DNA of 50,264 nucleotides, from assembly GCA_963808625.1 (NCBI GenBank), contig CAWEHK010000027.1, positions 1 to 50,264 on the forward strand, read 5' to 3'. The notes under the pieces were generated by a model that was not told where the DNA came from, ran no database searches, and saw nothing but the letters and a program-made list of their open reading frames with translations. The stretch is from an uncultured delta proteobacterium. GTDB lineage: Bacteria; Desulfobacterota; Syntrophobacteria; Syntrophobacterales; Syntrophobacteraceae. The translations under genes and the position numbers were made by a program. Of this stretch, positions 21,099 through 30,916 are shown piece by piece. Numbering within the stretch: the stretch's first letter is position 1; every line of letters starts with the position of its first letter.

Positions 21099-22225
21099 AT
21101 TTTCCCGTCTTCAACGAGTTTGAAGGTCCTTCCTCGCCACTCGACGGTCTTTCCCATCTGTCCCAGACACCAGAACAGAAAGCCCAGAAGGTCTCGCAGC
21201 GGCACCAGCCAGAGATGCTGCCGCAGCAGATTATCACCGAGCGTTTGGATGGCCACCATATAGGTCATTGCCAGGTGGGTGAACAGCGTCATGACCAGGA
21301 TCGAGAGACCCAGGGCGGAACCGCGGCTGACGCAGGCCAAAAGCATGGCGAGCATGGTCCCATGGGTCACGAGCGAACCAAAGTAACCCCACGGGCGGCA
21401 GGCCCTGATGCCGCGCGCCCAGCGCACCTGGTGCTTCATCATGCTGCGCAGCGTCATTGGGGGCAGCACGATTTCCACAACATGCGATGAGAGCCTGACT
21501 TCATAGCCGGCCTCCGACACCAGTTTGCCCAGCATGAAATCGTCCGCAAGATAATCGGCGATGGCTTCAAAACCGCCGATAGCCTGAAGGTGTTCCTTCG
21601 TGGTCGCAATGGTTGCCCCCAGGGCGAAGGAAAGGCCCTCGAGGGACCACGCCGCCAGGACGCCCGGAGCAAATTCTCCCGTGATCCCAACCGCCTCGAG
21701 CTTTGCTGCAAGATTCGGGGCCCTGCCTGCCCGGTACAGGCAGGTAACCAGGCCGACGCGCTCGTCGGCGAGTTCAGAAACAACCGTTGCCAGATAATCG
21801 GCCGTCACCCGTATGTCACTGTCCACCAGCACGATCACTTCATGCTTCGCGACCTTGAGCATGTTGTTGAGGTTGTTGACTTTGGGGTTTTCGCCGATGA
21901 CGCCGGCGTCGATCACGAGCGCGATATCCGTGGCGGGAAAACCGGCAACCAGCTTCCGGACAACGGGGATCGAGGAATCCTGCTCGCTCTGTACGCCAAA
22001 TATGATCTGGTAGTCCGGGTAATTTTGACGGCAAAAGGAGACATAATTCTCGTAGGCTTCGAAATCCTTGCCGTAAAGGGGGATCATGATCGAGGCGGGA
22101 GGCAGCGGAGCAGATCTGGTGACCGGCGGCCGCGAAATGAACCGCCTGGCGACGAAGATGCAGACCATATAATAGCAAATCGACGCTATGCTCAGGAGCG
22201 TGAGGGTGATCGTGAGGGTGCTCAT
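21077..22225 (-). CDS. hpnI: Bacteriohopanetetrol glucosamine biosynthesis glycosyltransferase
   Basis: GENPKVNNL, DSD, LADDFMLG, QVRW; downstream of hpnK and hpnJ. Confidence 0.9.
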   Translation of the reverse strand: MSTLTITLTLLSIASICYYMVCIFVARRFISRPPVTRSAPLPPASIMIPLYGKDFEAYENYVSFCRQNYPDYQIIFGVQSEQDSSIPVVRKLVAGFPATDIALVIDAGVIGENPKVNNLNNMLKVAKHEVIVLVDSDIRVTADYLATVVSELADERVGLVTCLYRAGRAPNLAAKLEAVGITGEFAPGVLAAWSLEGLSFALGATIATTKEHLQAIGGFEAIADYLADDFMLGKLVSEAGYEVRLSSHVVEIVLPPMTLRSMMKHQVRWARGIRACRPWGYFGSLVTHGTMLAMLLACVSRGSALGLSILVMTLFTHLAMTYMVAIQTLGDNLLRQHLWLVPLRDLLGFLFWCLGQMGKTVEWRGRTFKLVEDGKMRLVASG

Positions 22226-23088
22226 TTGTCCGCCGTCAGCCCGAAATAGTTGGTCAGGGCAATGCCCGGGCCGTGCAGCCGCTTCTTGAAGACGCTGCTG
22301 GTCAGAATGGCAAGTTCTCCGGCGCTTTGAAGCCGCTCGCCGGGGGAGCCGGCAAGACTGTCGGAGGCCGCCGGATGGAAGTAGATTTCATTGGTCTTTG
22401 CCGAAAGATGCTCCACGACGTAAAGGGCATATTCGAGGGTCATCCCGCCGCTGAAAAGGTGGCCGTAGACGCGTTCGGTAAAGGCGAAGCCACGCTCAAG
22501 AAGGGATTTTCTCATGCGCCGGGCAAGCAGCCAAAAGATGAAAGCAACGGGTGCCTTGCCCGGCAAATTGCCCTTCTGAAATCGCGCGGCAAGCCAAAAA
22601 TCATCCTGAGGGACCCGCATCCGCCTGACCTGGTAGCGTTCTGCGAGCTCGATGGCGGCCGCAAAAATCACCGGATGGACGTGCATGTGGAGATGACTGT
22701 CAACATGAGAAAATTTGAGTCCGGTGGCATGAAATCGCTCGAACTGCGCAGCAAGCTCTCTTCTCAGTTGCGCTCGCGCCACTTGGGAAAAGTAATATTT
22801 CAGGCCGGCGAAAACAGGGTTCTCGGGCAAATAGCCTTGCCGGTCTACGAGCTTGGGGATTTCAGCATAGGGCAGGGCCGCCTTGCCTTGCACGGTGACG
22901 AGGTGGATACCAACCGCCAGGCCGGCATTTTCCTTTGCCAGCCGCACGGCGTGATCGCACGCTTCCCCGGTTACCATCAAGCTGCAACTGGTGAGGGTCC
23001 CCGCTTGGTAGGCGCGGATGATGGCGTCATTGACTTCCGGAGACTTGCCAAAATCATCTCCGTTTACAATCAGTTGCGCGTGATGCAT
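22222..23088 (-). CDS. hpnK: Hopanoid biosynthesis-associated deacetylase (YdjC family)
   Basis: LIVNGDDFG, VGIHL, HVDSHLHMHVHP, EIYFHP; start placed at MHHAQL. Confidence 0.9.
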   Translation of the reverse strand: MHHAQLIVNGDDFGKSPEVNDAIIRAYQAGTLTSCSLMVTGEACDHAVRLAKENAGLAVGIHLVTVQGKAALPYAEIPKLVDRQGYLPENPVFAGLKYYFSQVARAQLRRELAAQFERFHATGLKFSHVDSHLHMHVHPVIFAAAIELAERYQVRRMRVPQDDFWLAARFQKGNLPGKAPVAFIFWLLARRMRKSLLERGFAFTERVYGHLFSGGMTLEYALYVVEHLSAKTNEIYFHPAASDSLAGSPGERLQSAGELAILTSSVFKKRLHGPGIALTNYFGLTADK

Positions 23089-23119
23089 CGGGTCCCGGGC
23101 ATGGGGGTGAGAGGATGGT

Positions 23120-24559
23120 TCACTGCCAGGCCGCCACTTTTGCCTTGGTGAATCGCTTTCGCTTGGCGCGTAAGCGCAGGTAATCTTTGGCCTCGTGGAA
23201 CAAACGGACGCGTTCGCCATGGTCCCAGAGCGCCCGTTGCAGGATCCTGAAGACGATCCTCGGGCGGAAGTAGTACCGTCCATAGAAGTACTCCACCGCT
23301 TCGACGATTTCCTCCCTGGTGAGCCCTGGATACTGGAAATTGGGAAGCTGGTGGCCCAGGTCATCAAGCATGTCATCATCGGTGAGGTAGCCGTTGCGGC
23401 GCAGGTAGGCGTCGAATGCCGTCCCGGGAAGCGGGTGAGCGATGGACACCTGAATGGTCTCGCAATCGAGCTCTTCGGCAAAGCGAATCGTGCGCATGAT
23501 GGTTTCCCGGGTCTCACCGGGAAGGCCCATGATGAAATCGCCATGAACGCTGATGCCGAGTTCCTTGCAGTTTTTCATGAAAGTGCGCGCCTGCTTTACC
23601 GTTATGCCTTTTTTGATGTTCTTCAAGATGGTCGGGTCGCCCGATTCGAAGCCGACGACCAGCAGCCGACAGCCCGCTTCCTTCATGGCCTTGAGCATCT
23701 CGAAGTCGGCATGCACGCGGGAGTTGCATGACCAGGTAAACTTGAGCGGCCTCAGTTTGCCGGAAAGCTCAATCACTCTGGCCTTGCCCCAGGCAAAAGT
23801 ATCGTCGTCAAAGAAGATTTCCTTGACGTTGGGAAAGAGCTCGAAGGCTCTCCGGAGCTCGGCCACGACGTTTTCGCTGCTCCGGGTTCGCCACTTATGG
23901 CCGCCGAAGGTTTGAGGCCAAAGGCAGAAGGTGCAGAAAGCGGGACACCCGCGCGAGGTATAAAAAGAGATGTACGGGTGCCGCAAAAATGGGATGTTGT
24001 ATTTGGTTATGTCGAGATCACGCTTGAAAATTTCAACGGCAAACGGGAGGGAGTCAAGATCGGTGAGGGGAGGACGATCCGGATTGTGGATTACTCGCCC
24101 ATTCTTTGTGAACGAGACCCCGCTTATCTCCTCGATGCTCTTTCCCCACGCGTATTCGGCAACGGCGTAGTCGAATTCTCGCCGGACCACAAAATCGATC
24201 GCGGAGGAAGCCTTGAGCGTTTCCTCCGGCAGCACCGAAACAGGGGGGCCGACGAAGGCAATCGAGATTCCCGGTTTGGTGTCCTTGATCCTCTCGGCAA
24301 GCAACAGATCATTCTTGAATCCCGAAGTGCTGGTGAAAAGGACAACAAAATCGTAATCCCCGGCGATGTGGACGGTTTCCTCAGGGGTCACGCCGTGGGG
24401 TGGGGCGTCAAGCAAGCGGCTTTCTTTGATGAGTCCCGCGGGGTAAGCGAGCCACACCGGATACCAGAAGGACCTTATCTCGCGGCGCGCCGGCCAGCGT
24501 GAGCCCGCCCCCCCATCGAACTTCTCGAAGGAAGGGGGATTCAGGAGCAGGGTTTTCAT
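23120..24559 (-). CDS. hpnJ: Hopanoid biosynthesis radical SAM protein
   Basis: FDGGAGSRWPARREIRSFWYPVWLA N-terminus; CPAFCTFC. Confidence 0.93.
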   Translation of the reverse strand: MKTLLLNPPSFEKFDGGAGSRWPARREIRSFWYPVWLAYPAGLIKESRLLDAPPHGVTPEETVHIAGDYDFVVLFTSTSGFKNDLLLAERIKDTKPGISIAFVGPPVSVLPEETLKASSAIDFVVRREFDYAVAEYAWGKSIEEISGVSFTKNGRVIHNPDRPPLTDLDSLPFAVEIFKRDLDITKYNIPFLRHPYISFYTSRGCPAFCTFCLWPQTFGGHKWRTRSSENVVAELRRAFELFPNVKEIFFDDDTFAWGKARVIELSGKLRPLKFTWSCNSRVHADFEMLKAMKEAGCRLLVVGFESGDPTILKNIKKGITVKQARTFMKNCKELGISVHGDFIMGLPGETRETIMRTIRFAEELDCETIQVSIAHPLPGTAFDAYLRRNGYLTDDDMLDDLGHQLPNFQYPGLTREEIVEAVEYFYGRYYFRPRIVFRILQRALWDHGERVRLFHEAKDYLRLRAKRKRFTKAKVAAWQ

Positions 24560-24596
24560 TCAGTCTCCAGGTTGTTCGAAAACAGTAAGCAGAGGA

Positions 24597-25221
24597 TTAA
24601 TCGGGAATGAACCGCTGGTAATCGGCTTGCCCCTGGGGCTTCTTTTCACCCTTTGCCGGCGGTATGGATTTCGGTTCCGGGTTTTTCAGTTCATCGCATC
24701 TCGCTTCTTTTTCGATGAGCGATGTTGCGGAGAGCTTCACCGAATTTCCCCTGGTGTATTCCTCGACATCCGAGCTGTTGTGCTGCAGGATCAGGCTGAT
24801 ACGTGTTGCCGTCCTTATCGCGGAAGGACCATTTCCAGGCAATGAAGGCACGAAAGGCATCTCCTCGATATTGGTCCGGTTCACCGAACTTCTGTTTGAA
24901 ACGCTGCAGCAGATCCTCAAAGAATTCCTTGTCGCTGCGCTCGTATTTCAGTTTGATCTTGACGATGCGACCGGGCTTATCACAGTTGCCATAAAAGATG
25001 TAGCCGCTCCGGTAGCCTTCGAAAGAGGGCTTGAGTTCGACCTCTGAGATATATTCCATGTGCCGCACGGGCAGGGACGTGTCCATCCGGAGAATGTTCC
25101 TGTATTGGTCGAGATTGTCTCCCAGACGAATCCCGGCAATTTGTTGAGGGGCCTGGGCAAAGCTCAGCACGGGGAAAAGTAGAGCAGCAATGAGGGCTGA
25201 AAAGCAGGGGATTTTTCGCAT
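24597..25221 (-). CDS. Exported hypothetical protein; apparent frameshift near 24800
   Basis: Signal peptide MRKIPCF..SFA; WKWSFRDKDGN continues as ISLILQHN in the other frame. Confidence 0.6.
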
Positions 25222-25243
25222 GAAGAGGGGCTCCTTGACCATC

Positions 25244-25996
25244 TTATTCGGTGTGCGGCAAGGCTTTGGCTTTCTCTTTTCGGTAATCCTTCCGGTGCCA
25301 ATGCCGAAATAATCGTTCAAGCTTGTCTTTGAAAACCATTGCAAACAAAACGATAATCAACGCGATCCCAAGGAGAATATAAAAACTGCCATAACGGTGC
25401 AGTCTCAAATAATTTCCTTGCAGAGTGAGCAGGACCGTTCCCAGCAGGCGACCGACGCCGCCGATGAGGAGAAACTCCATGGTGGAAAGATGCCCCAGCC
25501 CCAGGACATAACAGAGGGCGTCCTTGGGAAAACCGGGGATGAGAAAGAGCAGAAAAATAAGAAAGACGCCTTTATGATGAAGAAGGTAGTCGAACCGGTC
25601 CACGGTGGACTGAGCCACAAAGCGTTCAACGAACGGCCTTCCGAGATACCTCGCAAGAGCGAAGGCGATATAAGAGCCCAGGGTCAAGCCGATCGTCGAC
25701 AGCAAAATCCCCAGCCACGGGCCAAAAATAAAGCCGCCCAAAAGCCCGGTAGCCTCGCCTGGAATCGGCGCCGCGACAACCTGGAAAGCCTGCAACACAA
25801 CAAATACCACGGAAGCCCAGGGGCCAAGGGATTCCAGGAAATGCAGGAGCTGGTCTTTGTGAAGGAAGATCCGGATCCACTCCGAGTAATAGATCAAAGC
25901 CGAGACCCCGCCCACAAGAACGAGCAGTAACGACAGTTTGATCCAGATGTGATTCTTGCTTTTGCCGTTTATGTTTCTCTCCTTAATGGTTTCCAT
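25244..25996 (-). CDS. TVP38/TMEM64 (DedA-like) membrane protein
   Basis: QVVAAPIPGE..GFIFG..FLIPGFPKD. Confidence 0.88.
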   Translation of the reverse strand: METIKERNINGKSKNHIWIKLSLLLVLVGGVSALIYYSEWIRIFLHKDQLLHFLESLGPWASVVFVVLQAFQVVAAPIPGEATGLLGGFIFGPWLGILLSTIGLTLGSYIAFALARYLGRPFVERFVAQSTVDRFDYLLHHKGVFLIFLLFLIPGFPKDALCYVLGLGHLSTMEFLLIGGVGRLLGTVLLTLQGNYLRLHRYGSFYILLGIALIIVLFAMVFKDKLERLFRHWHRKDYRKEKAKALPHTE

Positions 25997-26206
25997 ACCA
26001 AGCCCCTTTGCCGATGCATGGAACCCGCGAGAGCGTCATTGTGGAGCGAAAACGGGACCAACGCGCGATCACCCCGGCTGCGGACCTGCCCCCTGACTCG
26101 GATGGGGGTCGCAGGTGCATGGTTGACCATCGCGCGCCCCACTATAATCCATCATCTTCGTTTTGCAAGAGCATTAGGTGTTGCTGCCGGGATGCCGGTC
26201 GTGCAG

Positions 26207-26240
26207 TATCAACCATCCACCATCCACTATCAACCACCCA
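26207..26240. repeat. Short heptamer array (ACCATCM-type)
   Basis: TATCAACCATCCACCATCCACTATCAACCACCCA. Confidence 0.55.
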
Positions 26241-26303
26241 CGTGCATCAGGGTGTGGCTGCCGGGTTGCCGCCAGCGTCCTCCTGGTCCGGAAGCCTCCT
26301 GGA

Positions 26304-27677
26304 TCAGGGGGAACACAGTTCAAGCAGGGGGGAAACCGTTGCCTGGCTTTCCAACCTCGCGACGAAATCGATGATGTGATCCCGTTTATGGTCCGCAATC
26401 ACGGGTCCCGTGAGGGCCACGAACTTTCCGATCAGTTCATCCCAGGACAGTGGATTTTCAGGGTCTCCCTTAGGATACATGATTTCTGTACGATAAGTCG
26501 CGCCTCCCGATGACTCGATCCTGGCCCAGGCCGGCCACTGCCTGGGGTAAAACCTGTCGAGTTCCGGGTCGATGATGCACTCGACCCTGTTCATAAGAGC
26601 GACAACTTCGGGAAGGCTCAGGTTCGGTTCAAAAAACTCCTCCAGAAAAGCGCGGCCCCTGATTGCCGCAATGGCCGCCCCGTAGGGCATGCTGAACTGG
26701 GCGTCAACCGTGTTTTTGACATGGTATTTCAGCTCCCTGGGTGTGGCTACGATGCCGTAGCCGGCGCTCAGCAGACCAACCGTGATCCTGGCGATATCGG
26801 ATGCCTGCAGCCGGTTGGCTCTCACGATTTGGAGGACGCCGTCGATGGGGCTCTGCATATAGCGGCAACAGGCGTGGGGTTTGACACTGGTGCGCATGAT
26901 CTCGAACGGCTCCCCCAGCCCCCTGGTCACTTTCATGGCATCAGTCCGGTCGGAATAAGCCTTCAGGAAACCGTGCTCACCCTCGAGCGCTGCCGAGGGC
27001 CCCTGAAATCCCTGTTCGGCGAGCCGGGCTGCGATGATTCCGTTATGAGCCGACCAGCCGGCATGGAACCTTTTGGTCCAGGCCCCGTCGGCGAGGAATT
27101 CCATGCTGCCCGAGGCCTGGCTGCCGGCGATGCCGACGGCGCTCAGCATCTGCTGTTCATCGAGATGGAGCAGCTTCGCTGCCGCCACAGCCGCTCCGAA
27201 AACGCCACAGGTGCCCGTGGGATGGAAACCGCGCCGATAGTGAAGCGCCGGGTTCAGGGCGGTGCCGATTTTAACCATTGCCTCATAACCCGCCACCGCT
27301 GCGCTGATGACTTCCTTGCCGCTTGCTTCAACTTCGGGCGCCAGGGCGAGGACCGCGGGAAAAATAACCGTTCCGGGGTGCAGCGAGGCTTCGTTGACCA
27401 CGTCATCCAGCTCCAGGGAATGGGCCGCCGCGCCGTTTACAAGCGCGGCGTAGGGGGGATTGAATCGGCGGCCGGCGCCGATAACTGCGGAATTGCCCGA
27501 GCATCCATGGGCCGCTGCAAATTTCAAGATGGCGCGAGAGGAGTCCATTTGCTGACCCCGCGTTGCAATGCCAAGGAAATCCAGCATGAGGTATTTACAC
27601 CGGTCTATGGTTTCGGCAGGAAGCCGAGCACAGTCAACTTGCCCACAAAAATTGACCAGGTCACGCGTGATGGTCAT
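26304..27677 (-). CDS. MmgE/PrpD family protein
   Basis: NGAAAHSLELDD..HP, GFHPTG, KPHACC, AQFSMPY, PKGDPENP. Confidence 0.92.
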   Translation of the reverse strand: MTITRDLVNFCGQVDCARLPAETIDRCKYLMLDFLGIATRGQQMDSSRAILKFAAAHGCSGNSAVIGAGRRFNPPYAALVNGAAAHSLELDDVVNEASLHPGTVIFPAVLALAPEVEASGKEVISAAVAGYEAMVKIGTALNPALHYRRGFHPTGTCGVFGAAVAAAKLLHLDEQQMLSAVGIAGSQASGSMEFLADGAWTKRFHAGWSAHNGIIAARLAEQGFQGPSAALEGEHGFLKAYSDRTDAMKVTRGLGEPFEIMRTSVKPHACCRYMQSPIDGVLQIVRANRLQASDIARITVGLLSAGYGIVATPRELKYHVKNTVDAQFSMPYGAAIAAIRGRAFLEEFFEPNLSLPEVVALMNRVECIIDPELDRFYPRQWPAWARIESSGGATYRTEIMYPKGDPENPLSWDELIGKFVALTGPVIADHKRDHIIDFVARLESQATVSPLLELCSP

Positions 27678-27789
27678 ATTCTAAGCCTCCGTATAAACTG
27701 TTTTTGCAGCATATTGATGGCACTAAAAATTGTCAAGGGGAGGCGCCCCACGATGGCGGCCCCGCACGATTTTCCTGGAGAGTCCGTGA

Positions 27790-27850
27790 GAGCGTGTCCA
27801 AGAAAGTTCCTTACTTTGCGTCACCCCCGCAAGTTTTTGCGGGGGTCAAG
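27790..27850. repeat. Half MITE end plus REP hairpin
   Basis: GAGCGTGTCC end like that of the 18332-18569 element; GTCACCCCCGCAAGTTTTTGCGGGGGTC hairpin. Confidence 0.5.
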
Positions 27851-28003
27851 AAGGAAGTAAAAGAAACCTGGTTCCCGTATTTTTTTGTTGAAAAAGCGGG
27901 AAGCATCCTTTAATAGCTTAGGAATATTCGAAAATCTGGAAGATTGACCGGGGGGAACAAGCGTTTTCACAGATTCGGTTTTAATGAGAGGAAGGAAGAT
28001 ACC

Positions 28004-28291
28004 ATGACCGTGACCAAGGCCCATATCGTGGAAAACCTTTTTGGCAAGAATATCTTCACCAAGACCGAATCAGCCCAAATCATTGAAACCCTTTTTGAAA
28101 TCGTTAAGGATTCGCTGGAAAAGGGCGATGATGTCCTCATCAGCGGCTTCGGCAAATTCAGCGTGAAAGAAAAAAACCAACGCCGTGGTCGCAATCCCCA
28201 AACGGGTGCCCCGATCCTTCTGGCGCCGCGGAAGGTGGTCACCTTCAAATGTTCCGGAGTTTTGAGGGAACGGATCAATCGCGGGAAGTAG
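28004..28291 (+). CDS. ihfA: Integration host factor alpha
   Basis: VLISGFGKF..GRNPQTG..RKVVTFK. Confidence 0.92.
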   Translation: MTVTKAHIVENLFGKNIFTKTESAQIIETLFEIVKDSLEKGDDVLISGFGKFSVKEKNQRRGRNPQTGAPILLAPRKVVTFKCSGVLRERINRGK

Positions 28292-28315
28292 GGAGGCTGG
28301 TATTCGAGAAGCTCC

Positions 28316-29668
28316 TCAGTGCGGTGAAGAAAGGCAGCTCGTCTCCAACCGTCGGATTACGTACTCCACCTGACGTCTCAACTTGCTTCCCTGGTCTTTC
28401 ATTTCTTTGCTCAATTCGTTTACGGCATGCAACACAGAACTGTGGCTGCGCTTGAATGACTGGCCGATGGCCACCAGGGATTGCGTAGTGTATTGGCGGC
28501 AGAGGTACATGGCGACTTTTCGGGCTGTGGCAATCTCCTTGCGACGCGATTTCGAAAGCAATTCTTCCGCGGAAATCTGAAAACTATCGCATACAATCTT
28601 GAGGATATTGTTCACGCTAATTTTCGGGAGGTAGTCCAGCATGGTCTGGGTGACTTCCTGAGCCAAACCAAGAGAGATGGGGACCCCCAGAATATTCGTC
28701 TTGGCAATGATCCCCACAATACAGCTCTCGAGTTGGCGCACGTCACTGGTAATGCGATCGGCCAGAAATTCCATGACCTCCACGGGTATGGTTACGTTTT
28801 CGAAGCGGGTCCGGCGCTTTATGATTTCTACTCTGGTCTTGAAATCCGGTCGGTCGATCGGCGCCACGAGGAAGCCGTTCAGTCGCGACTGCAATTCATT
28901 GGTCAGTTTCGGGATATCCTTGGGATAATAGGTCCCCGTACAGAGCACCTTTTTTCCTCGATCCATGAGCTCATCCAGGGTGAAGACGAGCTCACTTTGT
29001 AGCTTCTCCTTGCCGCTCAAGAACTCAACTCTCTCCAGCAGAAGGACATCACAGGCACAGCGAAATCGGTTTTTGAAAGCTTCGATACTGCCGTTTTTGA
29101 GGGCAAAAACCATCTCGTTGGCAAACTGCTCGGTGGTGACGTACTGAACCGAAACTTGCGGCTGTTGTTTCAGAAGGAGGTTGCCGACCGCATGAGAGAG
29201 ATGGCTCTTTCCCAGACCCGAATCCGAGAGGAGGTATACCGATTGATTGTAGAATTGTTGACCGCTCGCCACCGCCATGGAGGCAGCATAGGCAAACTGG
29301 TTGCAATTCCCGACCACAAATTGGTCAAATGTAAAACGCGGATTAAACGCTTGCCTCGGCCGCCGGATCAGTTCCGTGAAGTCCGCCTGCAAGGGCCGCT
29401 CAGTTGGTCGTCGGCTTCCGTCTCAGCGCTCGCAAACGATCTGATATTCGAGCCTGTGAACCTGTGGGAAGTGAGGCGCCGCAAGGCGCAGCAGGTTCTC
29501 CTCCAGCTTTTCGCGCAGCCAATCCGCATGGAGACGGTTCCGGCAGCCAAGACGCAGTGTGTCATCCTCGACTCCCAGAAAATCGATGGTCGACACCCAA
29601 AGATCGTACTGACCTCTGGGGAGGCAACACTGCAGCTCTTTCTTAATGGTTTGCCATTTCTGATCCAT
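28316..29668 (-). CDS. dnaA: DnaA-like replication initiator interrupted by an in-frame TGA (29423-29425)
   Basis: Domain I (W..IK..YDLWV), [34 protein letters not shown], domain [19 protein letters not shown]; the two ORFs share one frame. Confidence 0.85.
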
Positions 29669-29782
29669 GTCGATATCCAATCTTCACGCGCACGACACCC
29701 TGGATGCGACTACCGAAATTAAACCAAACTGCTCCCTGCAAATTGAGAACGAGATTTGTGGAATAATTGATGGAAAAAATCC

Positions 29783-29803
29783 CGGAGTGCGAATCGCACT
29801 CCG
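29783..29803. promoter_or_regulatory. Perfect 10-1-10 palindrome upstream of the dnaA-like gene
   Basis: CGGAGTGCGA-A-TCGCACTCCG. Confidence 0.45.
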
Positions 29804-30217
29804 TTTAAAACTCACCCTAAGTTGAGAGTCTTCATAGCGGACGATGCGGGTCAGGTCAAATTGGATACGGGGGGTTCTTGCAAAGAAATCCCTGAAAAGG
29901 GGGGACATGAATTTATGTCAGGATGAATTGAGGTTAGCTTCCAAAACGGCATAAGCTCTTGACACTCTATGGCTTTTTATGTCAGAAGAATTTCTGATTG
30001 ATTCCGAACTATTGTGCTGCTTTGAGTTACTGATTCTCCAAACCGCTCTAGATTGAACTTCAATTTTCTCGGCTTTTCTCACAAAATCAGATCCGTTCAA
30101 TTTGGGCAGGGGTAAAGGCTGGAAACATCAGGTGGCTGAAAAATCATTTCTCGGTGCTTATAATGCTCCATGGTGTTATGGTGTCGCACAATCTACAAAA
30201 AAGACGGAAGTGAGAGC

Positions 30218-30778
30218 ATGGCCATTCCCACGCGCGATCAGTGTATGGTTCTTATGGAACGGGCATTGATGCCCGAGCACATCCAACAGCACAGTTTTGT
30301 TGTCGCCCACGTTGCCTTATATTTAGGGGGCCTGCTTAATCAGAACAGTGTCCGGCTGGACCTGGAACTCCTGGAGGCCGGTGCCCTGCTTCACGATATC
30401 GCCAAAGCTCGGGGTCTTTCCACCGGCGAGCGGCATGAAGATGTGGGTGCGAGAATGCTTGCGGATTGGGGTTATGCATCGCTTTCGCCCATCGTTCAAG
30501 AGCATGTAATGCTTGATCCTGCAATTCTCCGTGGGCCCATCACCGAATCTCTGATAGTCAACTATGCTGACAAACGGGTCAAACACGACCAGGTCGTCTC
30601 CCTGAGCGATCGTTTTTTCGACCTCATCGGTCGTTATGCGAAGACAAGTGAACACCGGACCTGGCTCCGGGAAAAATTCGATCTCTATTTGCAGCTCGAA
30701 GCCAGGATCTTCGAACACCTCACGATAAACCCCGACGAGCTCGGCCGGTTGGCGGGAAAAGCAGTGGTTAGTGGCTAG
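30218..30778 (+). CDS. HD-domain hydrolase
   Basis: HS..VA, LLHDIAK, H..VG, VNYADKRV. Confidence 0.85.
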   Translation: MAIPTRDQCMVLMERALMPEHIQQHSFVVAHVALYLGGLLNQNSVRLDLELLEAGALLHDIAKARGLSTGERHEDVGARMLADWGYASLSPIVQEHVMLDPAILRGPITESLIVNYADKRVKHDQVVSLSDRFFDLIGRYAKTSEHRTWLREKFDLYLQLEARIFEHLTINPDELGRLAGKAVVSG

Positions 30779-30834
30779 TGGTTAGTGATTAGTGGCTAGT
30801 GATAAGTGGCTGGTGGTTGGTGACCAGCTGCCGG
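30763..30834. repeat. Heptamer tandem array (AGTGGYT) x8
   Basis: agtggtt agtggct agtggtt agtgatt agtggct agtgata agtggct ggtggtt ggtgacc; supplies the HD gene stop codon. Confidence 0.85.
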
Positions 30835-30916
30835 TAATGGGTGAGCCGAGGTCAGTGAAAGGAGGGCGGGTTTTCTAACCCGCCAACAAACCGGCAATGC
30901 CGACAAAGGGGGAGTT

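Noticed and set aside
23089..23544. Long N-terminal extension of HpnK
   Set aside because: Overlaps hpnJ in another frame; HpnK homology starts at MHHAQLIVNGDDFG.
29690..30215. oriC next to dnaA
   Set aside because: No cluster of consensus TTATCCACA boxes and no dnaN/gyrB context.
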